A stretch of DNA of 64,000 bases from an uncultured Bacilli bacterium (GTDB lineage Bacteria; Bacillota_I; Bacilli_A; RF39; UBA660), in contig CALVZO010000002.1 of the NCBI GenBank assembly GCA_944372545.1, forward strand, positions 4,538 through 68,537. The letters run 5' to 3'. The position numbers were made by a program, and so were the translations under genes. Of this stretch, positions 39,435 through 48,063 are shown one piece after another. How positions within the stretch are numbered: the first letter of the stretch is position 1; every line of letters begins with the position of its first letter. Below the pieces are notes generated by a model. The model saw only the letters and a list, made by a program, of their open reading frames with translations. It was not told the DNA's origin and searched no databases.

Positions 39435-39464
39435 AAAGTTTTTACGGTTAATCGTAAAAACTTT
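39435..39464. promoter_or_regulatory. Perfect 12-bp inverted repeat overlapping the -35 of the second DUF4143 ATPase gene
   Basis: aaagtttttacg-gttaat-cgtaaaaacttt. TTTACA (39462..39467), 17-nt spacer, TATAAT (39485..39490). Half-site-like tttacgg recurs at 39493..39499. Confidence 0.45.
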
Positions 39465-39508
39465 ACAAATAAGTAAAAATGATATATAATTATTTACGGG
39501 TGAAAGGT

Positions 39509-40714
39509 ATGCTTATAAGAGAAAATTATTTATCTAAAATAAGAGGTTTTTATGATTCTGATTTAATTAAAATTTTAGTAGGTATAAGAAGATGTGGCAA
39601 ATCTGTTATATTAAATCAAATAATTGAAGAATTAAAAAAGGTTAGAAAAATAGATGATGAACACATTATATTTATTAATTTTGAATTTATTGAATTTGAA
39701 GATTTATTGGATTATAAAAAATTAAATAAATATATAAAAGAGAAAATAAAAGATAATAAAAAGTATTATTTATTTTTAGATGAAGTTCAAAATGTTGATA
39801 ATTTTGAAAAAGTAGTTAATTCACTTAGAGCATCATTAAAAAATATTAGTATTTTTTTAACTGGTTCAAATAGTAAATTGTTATCTATAGAATTATCTTC
39901 AGTTTTATCTGGAAGATATGTTTTATTTAATATAAACCCTTTATCTTATAAAGAATATGTAACTCTTACAAATAAAGATGGGTATGATTTAGATACGTTT
40001 TGGGATTATGCAAAATGGGGAGGCCTTCCTAATAGATGTGAATTTACTAATGAAATTGATATTAAGAATTATTTACATAGTGTATATGATTCAATTATTT
40101 TAAGAGATGTTGTAAAAAGATTAAATTTAAAAGATACTATATTATTTGACACAATATTACAATATTTAATCGAAACTGCTGGGAGAGAATTTTCGTTTGA
40201 TAATATTATAAAATATTTAGATAAAAAAAATAAAAAAATATCTAATGAAACGCTATATAATTATATAGATGCTTTATGTAAAGCGTTAATTATTAAGAAA
40301 GTTTATAGATGTGATATTGCTGGTAAAGGTGTTTTAAAAACACTTAATAAATATTATGCAACAGATTTAGGTATTGCACAAATTAAAAATAATAATCCTG
40401 AATTTAAAAGTTATATAGTATTAGAAAATATAGTTTATAATGAATTAATAAATAGAAATTATGATGTGTATATTGGTAAAACAAAAAATGGCGAAGTTGA
40501 TTTTTTAGCAAAAAAAGATAATGAAATTAAATATATTCAAGTAACTTATGAAATGAAAGGTAATGATAGTACCATTGAAAGAGAATTTGGGGCATACAAA
40601 TCAATTGAAGATAATTACCCTAAATATGTTATATCTCTTGATAAAGTAGATTTATCTCGAGATGGAATTATTCATTTAAATTTAATTGATTTTCTATTAA
40701 GTGAAGACTTTTAA
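39509..40714 (+). CDS. AAA+ ATPase of the AAA_14/DUF4143 type (second paralog)
   Basis: Walker A GIRRCGKSV and YLFLDEVQ, collinear with 646..1845. Start moved to the ATG at 39509 (MLIRENYL), which aligns with MIERTEYL. Confidence 0.75.
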   Translation: MLIRENYLSKIRGFYDSDLIKILVGIRRCGKSVILNQIIEELKKVRKIDDEHIIFINFEFIEFEDLLDYKKLNKYIKEKIKDNKKYYLFLDEVQNVDNFEKVVNSLRASLKNISIFLTGSNSKLLSIELSSVLSGRYVLFNINPLSYKEYVTLTNKDGYDLDTFWDYAKWGGLPNRCEFTNEIDIKNYLHSVYDSIILRDVVKRLNLKDTILFDTILQYLIETAGREFSFDNIIKYLDKKNKKISNETLYNYIDALCKALIIKKVYRCDIAGKGVLKTLNKYYATDLGIAQIKNNNPEFKSYIVLENIVYNELINRNYDVYIGKTKNGEVDFLAKKDNEIKYIQVTYEMKGNDSTIEREFGAYKSIEDNYPKYVISLDKVDLSRDGIIHLNLIDFLLSEDF

Positions 40715-40756
40715 AAATAAGTTGACTTGCTGTAAATTTTTGCATATAATTGTAAA

Positions 40757-40990
40757 TATAAATTAAAAAAACGGAACAAGACACGTAAATTAATGAATTA
40801 TTAAAGAGAATTAGTGGTTGGTGCAAACTAAGAATAAATAATTAATTTATATCACTTGGGAGTGATTATTGGAAATTTAAGTATAATAATCCGCTTATTA
40901 AGCGTTATAAAAATAAGGTGAATTTAAGTTCATGAATTAAGGTGGTACCGCGGGGAAACTCGGCCTTTATTTATGAACTTTTTTTTATAG
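40757..40990 (+). promoter_or_regulatory. T-box leader, Ile-specific (specifier AUC)
   Basis: TTGACT (40722..40727), 17-nt spacer, TATAAT (40745..40750). Distal GGUGCAAAC. AUC-A at 40851..40854. T-box aattaaggtggtaccgcgg at 40935..40953. Terminator gttcatgaattaagg/cctttatttatgaac plus T8. Confidence 0.85.
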
Positions 40991-41001
40991 GGAGGAATAT
41001 A

Positions 41002-44000
41002 ATGAAAAAATTTGTTAGTCTTGATAATAGGAAAGTTTCTTTAGTAGAGGAAGATATTCTAAAACGTTTTATGAAAGACAAAATATTAGATAAGTGTATT
41101 GAAAACAGAAAGAGTAGTCCTTATTGGGTATTTTATGATGGACCTGCTACTGCCAATGGAATGCCAGGATTACACCATATGGTGGCTAAATTCTTAAAAG
41201 ATAGTTTTTGTAAATATAAAACTATGCAAGGTTATAAAGTTTTAAGAAAAGTTGGTTGGGATACACATGGATTACCAGTAGAAGTTCAAGTAGAAAAAAA
41301 ATTAGGTTTTTCTTCTAAAGGTGAAATTGAAAAATATGGTATCAAAGAATTTAATGAAGAGTGTAAAAAGGCTGTTTGGGAAAATGAAAAAGCATTTTGT
41401 GATTTAACTAATAAAATGGGACAATTCATTGACTTAGAAAATAGATATATTACTTATGATAATAAATATATTGAAACAGAGTGGTGGATTTTAAAGAAAT
41501 TCTTTGAGGAAGGATTATTCTATGAAGGAAGTAAGATTCTTCCATATTGTCCTAGATGTGGAACAGGACTTGCTTCCCATGAAGTTGCCCAAGGTTACAA
41601 AGAAGTTTCTGTTGATACCGTAATTGTTCCAATGAAAAAAAAGGGAGAAGATGTATATTTTCTTGTTTGGACAACAACACCATGGACACTTTTATCTAAT
41701 GTAGCAATATGTGTAAATCCTAATGAAGAATATGTTTTATGTAAATCATTAGATTATAAATTTATTGTGGCTAAAAAACTTGCATCTTCAGTACTTGGTA
41801 ATGATTATGAAGTATTAGAAACTTATTTAGGTAAAGATTTAGAATATACTGAATATGAACAATTAATTCCCGAATTAAAAGTAGATAAAAAAGCATTCTT
41901 TGTAACATGTGATACTTATGTAACAATGGATAGTGGTACAGGTATAGTTCATATTGCCCCAGCCTTTGGAGCAGATGATGCCCTAGTTGGTAAAAATTAT
42001 AATCTTCCTTACTTAAATCCAGTAGGAGAAGATGGAAAATATACAGATGGGCCTTGGAAGAATATGTTAGTATTCGATGCTGACTTAGAAGTTATCAAAT
42101 ATTTAAAACAAAATGATAAATTATTTAAAAAACAAAAGATGGTTCATAATTATCCCCATTGTTGGCGTTGTAAATCACCACTTATCTATTATTCTAAACC
42201 ATCATTTTATTTAGAAATTACCAAAATTAAAGATAAAATAGTCGAGAATAATAAAAAAGTTAATTGGTACCCAAGTTATATTGGCGAAAAAAGATTTGGT
42301 AATTGGTTAGAAAATTTAAATGACTGGGCAATATCAAGAAGTAGATATTGGGGAACACCACTTCCATTATGGCGTTGTTCTTGCGGACATGATATTATGG
42401 TGGGATCAATTAAAGAATTAGTCGAGTTATCTATTGAAGATATCAATGAAGATATTGATTTACATCGCCCATATGTTGATGATGTTCATATAACTTGTCC
42501 AAAATGTGGAAAAGTAATGAATAGAGTTAAAGATGTTATTGACTGTTGGTTTGATTCTGGAGCAATGCCTTTTGCTCAATATCATTATCCATTTGAAAAT
42601 GAAGAATTATTTAATACGCAATTTCCAGCAGATTTTATTTGTGAAGGAATTGACCAAACAAGAGGTTGGTTTTACTCACTTTTAGTAATAAGTACTTTTG
42701 TAAAAGAAGTATCTCCTTATAAAAATGTTTTAGTAAATGAATTATTACTTGATAAAAATGGTCAAAAAATGCATAAATCAAAAGGAAATGCTATTGAACC
42801 ATTTGGTATTATGGAAAAATATGGGGCAGATACCGTAAGATGGTATTTACCTTATGTATCTCCAGTTTGGACACCTTTAAAATTTGATGAAGATGGCTTA
42901 AAAGAAGTATATTCAAAATTCTTTAATCCTCTAAAAAATACTTATAATTTCTTCTCAATGTACGCAACTACTGATAATATAGATATTGATGAGTGTAAGG
43001 TAGATATAAGTGAAAGAGAAGAAATAGATAAATGGTTAATTTCTAAATATAATAGTTTATTAAAGGTAGTTACTGAAGGTTATGAAGAATATGATTTAAA
43101 TAAAGTAGTTAGAAATATTACTAACTTTGTATCTGATGATTTATCTAATTGGTATATAAGAAGATGCCGTAATCGTTTCTGGGGTAGTACTTTAGATAAT
43201 TCTAAAAAAGCCGTTTATATAACAACTTATGAAGTTTTAGTTGGACTTTCTAAAATAATTGCTCCAATTGTACCTTTTATAAGTGAAGAGATATTTACTA
43301 AATTGACTAATAAATATTCTGTTCATACAGAAGACTTCCCTAAATATAATGAATCTCTAATAAATTCAGTTTTAGAAGAAAAAATGGATTTAGTTAAGAA
43401 TTTAATTTCGATGGGTAGAATGATTAGGGAAGAAGTTAAAATAAAAGTTAGGACTCCTTTAGAATCTGCAATTATTGATGAAGAAGTTTATAAGAAAATA
43501 GAAGATTTAATTCCTTTAATTAAAGAAGAATTAAATGTTAAAGAAATAATTAAGGAAAAAGACTTAAATAAATATATGAATATTGAAGTTAAACCTAATT
43601 ATAAAGTTGTTGGTAAATTATTTGGTTCTAAAATTAAGGATTATGAAGAATTTTTAAGAGATGTTAATTTAGAAGAATTAAAAAATAATAGTTTAGAATT
43701 TAATGATACTTTAATTAGTGAAGAGATGTATGAATTAAAAATATCTGCTAAAGAAGGATTTAATGTCTTTGTTTTAGATAATTTATTTATCATATTAAAT
43801 ACTAACTTAACAGAAGATTTAATTAATGAAGGTCATGCTAGAGAATTTGTTTCTAAAATTCAAAATTTAAGAAAAGTTAAAGATTTTGAAGTAAGTGACA
43901 GAATTAATATATATTATGACAGTGAATTATTTACAAAAATAATTAATGAATTTAGTGACTATATTAAAAATGAAACTTTAGCAATAAATATTATTAATAA

Positions 44001-44082
44001 AAAGTTAGATACAGAAGAGGTAAATATTAATGGTATTAATGTAAAAGTAGATGTTGAAAAAATAACAAATAAAAAGGACTAA
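41002..44082 (+). CDS. ileS: Isoleucine--tRNA ligase, long type-2 form
   Basis: ENRKSSPYWVFYDGPATANGMPGLHH parallels the Thermus-type IleRS2 N-terminus. KMHKSKGN (KMSKS). 1026 aa. Start moved to the ATG at 41002 downstream of the T-box. Confidence 0.93.
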   Translation: MKKFVSLDNRKVSLVEEDILKRFMKDKILDKCIENRKSSPYWVFYDGPATANGMPGLHHMVAKFLKDSFCKYKTMQGYKVLRKVGWDTHGLPVEVQVEKKLGFSSKGEIEKYGIKEFNEECKKAVWENEKAFCDLTNKMGQFIDLENRYITYDNKYIETEWWILKKFFEEGLFYEGSKILPYCPRCGTGLASHEVAQGYKEVSVDTVIVPMKKKGEDVYFLVWTTTPWTLLSNVAICVNPNEEYVLCKSLDYKFIVAKKLASSVLGNDYEVLETYLGKDLEYTEYEQLIPELKVDKKAFFVTCDTYVTMDSGTGIVHIAPAFGADDALVGKNYNLPYLNPVGEDGKYTDGPWKNMLVFDADLEVIKYLKQNDKLFKKQKMVHNYPHCWRCKSPLIYYSKPSFYLEITKIKDKIVENNKKVNWYPSYIGEKRFGNWLENLNDWAISRSRYWGTPLPLWRCSCGHDIMVGSIKELVELSIEDINEDIDLHRPYVDDVHITCPKCGKVMNRVKDVIDCWFDSGAMPFAQYHYPFENEELFNTQFPADFICEGIDQTRGWFYSLLVISTFVKEVSPYKNVLVNELLLDKNGQKMHKSKGNAIEPFGIMEKYGADTVRWYLPYVSPVWTPLKFDEDGLKEVYSKFFNPLKNTYNFFSMYATTDNIDIDECKVDISEREEIDKWLISKYNSLLKVVTEGYEEYDLNKVVRNITNFVSDDLSNWYIRRCRNRFWGSTLDNSKKAVYITTYEVLVGLSKIIAPIVPFISEEIFTKLTNKYSVHTEDFPKYNESLINSVLEEKMDLVKNLISMGRMIREEVKIKVRTPLESAIIDEEVYKKIEDLIPLIKEELNVKEIIKEKDLNKYMNIEVKPNYKVVGKLFGSKIKDYEEFLRDVNLEELKNNSLEFNDTLISEEMYELKISAKEGFNVFVLDNLFIILNTNLTEDLINEGHAREFVSKIQNLRKVKDFEVSDRINIYYDSELFTKIINEFSDYIKNETLAINIINKKLDTEEVNINGINVKVDVEKITNKKD

Positions 44083-44098
44083 ACAAATGTCCTTTTTT
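44072..44098. terminator. Bidirectional terminator between ileS and the HTH gene
   Basis: aaaaggac-taaacaaat-gtcctttt with A/T runs on both sides. Confidence 0.7.
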
Positions 44099-44103
44099 AA
44101 ATT

Positions 44104-44322
44104 CTATTTTTTTACCTTTTCAATTGTAACTTTTATATTATGGATTTTACACATTTCTAAAAAATCATTTAAGTACATTCTATTTCGCCTGTTTTCTATA
44201 TTATTTATACTATCACGCCCTCTATTAATAGATTCACCAAATTTAGTTTGTGATAATTCAGTCCACTCTCTAATAATCTTGATAATGTCTTTGGCTTCAT
44301 AATTATTTGCGTTTATTTTCAT
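44104..44322 (-). CDS. XRE-family helix-turn-helix protein
   Basis: 72 aa. LSQTKFGESINRGRDSINNIENRR fits the HTH_3 pattern. Confidence 0.6.
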   Translation of the reverse strand: MKINANNYEAKDIIKIIREWTELSQTKFGESINRGRDSINNIENRRNRMYLNDFLEMCKIHNIKVTIEKVKK

Positions 44323-44496
44323 GTTTTTATTCCTTTCGCAAGTAGATTATCATAGGACTTTTATAAAAAGATTAATTTGATTATTAACTATTACTCAAAG
44401 TTTGTTTTATAATACAAATGTATATGATTATAGTTAGTAATCAAATAAAATAGAAAGGTATAGTCCTTTATCATTATGGATTTATTATTTTTAAAT

Positions 44497-45623
44497 ATGC
44501 AAAGAAGTAAAAAATTAAAATTTGTAATTATCTTATCTCTTTTTATTTTAGAATTATTATCGGTATTTCTAACAATAAAATCTTTTTCTAATAAGGAAAT
44601 AGTAGAAATTAAAGAAGAAAATAAAATAAAAAAAGAGAAATTTTCTATGTATATAGAAAATGATACAGGAGAATATACAGAATATACTACATCAGAATAT
44701 TTTCCTGTAGGGTATAATTTAAATTTAGATAAGTCCACTTGTGTAGATAGTAATGATAATACTTTAACGGGAGTATTAACAGGAACAAATAATAGTATTA
44801 CTGTTACTAGTAATAAAACTATGTTTTGTTATCTTTATTTTGATAAGGTTTCAACTGCAGGAGAAATATTTCTTGAAAGCCCAACAACAGGATTAAATAT
44901 AACAATGGAAGGTGGATTATATAGATATCAAGGAACAAGTGTAGATAATTACATATGTTTTGGAACAAGTGATAAATCGACATGTACAGGAAATACCGAT
45001 GCATATATGTATAGAATAATAGGAATCAATTCTTCTGGACAATTAAAACTAATCAAGAAAGAGTCTTTAAATAGTTCAATGCAATGGTATAGTAGTTATT
45101 CATCAAACATAACATGGCCAAATTCAACAATATACTCAAACATAAATGGAAGTAGTTTCCTAAGTAACACAACATACGTACCAAGCGGTTGGAGTAGTAA
45201 AATATCAATAACTTCATGGAAATACGGAGATAACACAACATCAAACACAACCGTAGCAAATCTATATTCAACAGAAAATGGCTGGAGTAGTACAGTATCA
45301 GCGAAAATAGGATTATGGTATTTACATGATTATTATTATGGTTTATCTGGAGGAAATAACTGTTCATCAAATTACAGTACGTGTGTAACAAGTTGGATAC
45401 ACTTATCAAACAACGATAGTGGAGCCCCATCTACAGCGGAGTGGACCATGTCGCGTTACAGTGGAAGCAGCAGTTACAGTGCGTGGGATGTGCGTTCGAA
45501 GGCGGTGTCGCTATTGACTATTTGACTGCTTCGAGTTCGGTTCGCCCAGTCTTCTATCTAACGTCCGAGGTAGAGATAGTGAGTGGAACAGGAACATCAA
45601 GCGATCCATTTATTATAAATTAA
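44497..45623 (+). pseudogene. Frameshifted membrane-anchored surface protein with a C-terminal ...SAW.V...G.V....SSVRPVFYL motif
   Basis: Two overlapping frames (…45525 and 45441…45623) join into AWDVRS-EGGVAIDYLTASSSVRPVFYL if one base is restored near 45493..45495. N-terminal TM helix. The 3' ~200 bp are about 50-57% GC. Confidence 0.65.
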
Positions 45624-45630
45624 CAGACTA

Positions 45631-45672
45631 TAAGTAAAATAAAATCGTCAACGAAGACGTTAAAATAGAAGA
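45631..45672. repeat. ~41-nt element with the CGTC-aacgaa-GACG hairpin, copy B
   Basis: taagtaaaataaaatcgtcaacgaagacgttaaaatagaaga. The 25-nt core at 45645..45669 is identical to 4732..4756. Followed by the terminator gagagatttaaaatctctc plus T-run. Confidence 0.8.
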
Positions 45673-45780
45673 CTTAACCCTTCGAGAGATTTAAAATCTC
45701 TCATTTTTATTTAATTTTTATTTAGTGCTAGTTATTTTTAGAAAATTCCATTATAATATAGTTAGTGTGGAGGTAATTAT

Positions 45781-46686
45781 ATGAAAGATGTAAGAGTAGT
45801 ATTTATGGGAACACCAGAGTTTTCTTTAAAACCACTAGAGGTATTAATTGAAAAAACTAATGTAGTTTTAGTAGTTACTAAGCCTGATGCTTTAGTAGGA
45901 AGAAAGAAAGAATTAACACCTTCTCCAGTTAAAGTGTTAGCAGAGAGTCATGGTATACCCGTTGTAACTCCAAAAAGTATTAAGAAAGAATATGAAAGTA
46001 TTTTAGAATATAAACCAGATTTAATAGTAACTTGTGCTTATGGGAAGATAATTCCAAAAGTTTTAATAGATTACCCAAAATGGGGTTGTGTTAATATTCA
46101 TGCATCAATATTACCTAAATATAGAGGGGCTGCGCCAATTCAGTGGGCTTTAATTAATGGGGAAAAAGAAACTGGTATAACACTCATGTATATGGACGAA
46201 TTTATGGATACAGGTGATATTATCGATATAGAAAAGTGTTCTATAGAAGAAGATGATGATATAGAGACATTACATAATAAGTTAAGTAAAATAGGGGCTT
46301 TTATATTAGATAAGAATTTAAGTAATTTAGTTAGTGGCAAAGCAAGTAGAACTAAACAAAGAGATGAAGATGCCACGTATGCAAAAATGATCGATAGAGA
46401 AATGGAAGAACTAGATTTTAATGATTATGGGAAAAATATAATTAATAAAATAAGGGCCTTTAGTCCATGGCCTCTTACAAAAACCAAAATAAAAGAAGAA
46501 GAAATAAAAATAGTTAAGGCTCATTTTGTTGAGGGGATTAGTGTAGTAAATAAAATATATATAGATAAAAATTCTTTAGGTATTGGTGTAATTGATGGTA
46601 TAGTATATTTTGATATAATTAAGCCAATTGGGAAAAGTAATATGCCAGTTAAAAGTTACTTAAATGGGAAAAAGAATTTGTTTTAG
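45781..46686 (+). CDS. fmt: Methionyl-tRNA formyltransferase
   Basis: VFMGTPEF, NIHASILPKYRGAAPIQ, ~300 aa. Confidence 0.92.
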   Translation: MKDVRVVFMGTPEFSLKPLEVLIEKTNVVLVVTKPDALVGRKKELTPSPVKVLAESHGIPVVTPKSIKKEYESILEYKPDLIVTCAYGKIIPKVLIDYPKWGCVNIHASILPKYRGAAPIQWALINGEKETGITLMYMDEFMDTGDIIDIEKCSIEEDDDIETLHNKLSKIGAFILDKNLSNLVSGKASRTKQRDEDATYAKMIDREMEELDFNDYGKNIINKIRAFSPWPLTKTKIKEEEIKIVKAHFVEGISVVNKIYIDKNSLGIGVIDGIVYFDIIKPIGKSNMPVKSYLNGKKNLF

Positions 46687-46694
46687 GAGTAAAA

Positions 46695-47417
46695 ATGATT
46701 TTTAAAATATTATTTATAAATTTATTGACATTAATAAGAGTAATAGGAACAATTATATTAATCCCTTTATATACTAATTATGGGGCAAAAATAGTAGGAA
46801 TTACTTCTCTTATTTGTTATGCGACTGATAGTATCGATGGAATATTTGCAAGACATTTTAAGGCATCAACATTTTTTGGAGCCTTATTTGATGGCATTGC
46901 TGATAAATTATTTACAATAGTTAATTTTATTATTCTTTATATGATAACTCCTTATGCAATAATACCTATAGTTATAGAAATATTAATAGTTTTAGTGCAA
47001 TTATTTAAATTTAATAAAAGATTAAATATTCAGTCTAATATTATTGGTAAATTTAAAGTATGGGTTTTAGCATTTTGTGTTGTTTTAACATTTTTAGTAA
47101 GTGATATTAATAGTATTTCTTTTATTAATGAAAGTATTAAAACATGGGTTTTATCAATTAATAAAGATTTATTATATTTATGTCTTTTATTACCTGCAAT
47201 TATTATGGAATTTTTAACTTTATTAAGTTATATATATGAAATATATTATTATAAAGAAAAAAGGGAAGTTGAGATAAAAAAAGAAATAGTAAAAGGAGAA
47301 AACAAGAAGAAAAAAAGTTTTATAAGACATTTAAAAGATTTTTGGTTTAATCCGGAATTTTATTTAGAACATAAAGATGATAATAATTTAAGAGATTTGA
47401 GAAAAGATACAAAATAA
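46695..47417 (+). CDS. CDP-alcohol phosphatidyltransferase family protein
   Basis: Complete motif DG-x2-AR-x8-G-x3-D-x3-D in DSIDGIFARHFKASTFFGALFDGIAD. Multi-TM protein. Confidence 0.8.
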   Translation: MIFKILFINLLTLIRVIGTIILIPLYTNYGAKIVGITSLICYATDSIDGIFARHFKASTFFGALFDGIADKLFTIVNFIILYMITPYAIIPIVIEILIVLVQLFKFNKRLNIQSNIIGKFKVWVLAFCVVLTFLVSDINSISFINESIKTWVLSINKDLLYLCLLLPAIIMEFLTLLSYIYEIYYYKEKREVEIKKEIVKGENKKKKSFIRHLKDFWFNPEFYLEHKDDNNLRDLRKDTK

Positions 47418-47435
47418 AAAATCCATAAAAATGGA

Positions 47436-47930
47436 TTAACTATTAAATTTAACGGTAATGTATTTTTCTTCATCAAATAACTCTTGCACACTTCTTATTA
47501 TCGAATTAGCAATTTCTGTATTGTGTTCTTTAGAGGCAATTACTATACTGATAGAATTGTCTTTTATTTTAGCAAAAGCATTTAGTTTAAATTTCTCATT
47601 TATGAGATTTTTTATTTTGGTTTCATCTGATTTAGTTGATTTTAATTTTTGCATATTTTCGTAGGCGACATTTTTTTCTTCAACTGTACTTTCATTATCT
47701 AATAAAATATCTTGATATTCTTCCATTAAGGCTTGTTTTTCTTCATCATTTTCTACTTCTAAAGCCACTAGAACATCTGATTCAGTTATTTCGATTACTT
47801 CGCTTTGATTATTTTCTGTATCTGTTTTTAAAACGGCTTCAATATCATCATCGATACTAACATAGTAAATCCCTAAAATTAATATTAAGGAAAAAAGGGT
47901 AATAAACCATAAATTTTGTTTGTTAATCAT
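47436..47930 (-). CDS. SpoIIIAH-like protein
   Basis: N-terminus MINKQNLWFITLFSLILILGIYYVS parallels B. subtilis SpoIIIAH MLKKQTVWLLTMLSLVVVLSVYY. Acidic linker. No other spoIIIA genes are adjacent. Confidence 0.55.
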   Translation of the reverse strand: MINKQNLWFITLFSLILILGIYYVSIDDDIEAVLKTDTENNQSEVIEITESDVLVALEVENDEEKQALMEEYQDILLDNESTVEEKNVAYENMQKLKSTKSDETKIKNLINEKFKLNAFAKIKDNSISIVIASKEHNTEIANSIIRSVQELFDEEKYITVKFNS

Positions 47931-48063
47931 ATTTATAATCTCCTTATTTGCTAATTAATTTTATGATGGAAATAAAAATAAATGCAATTTTTTAAAAAAA
48001 TTTTCATTAAAAAAAAGGAAATCGAGAATAAAAATCGAAAATAAGTAATGAAGGGAGGAAAAT

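Noticed and set aside
44391-44738. 115-aa minus-strand ORF in the HTH/surface-protein intergenic region.
   Set aside because: It overlaps the N-terminus of the + strand surface-protein gene, has a low-complexity F/I/N/Y translation and shows no start context.
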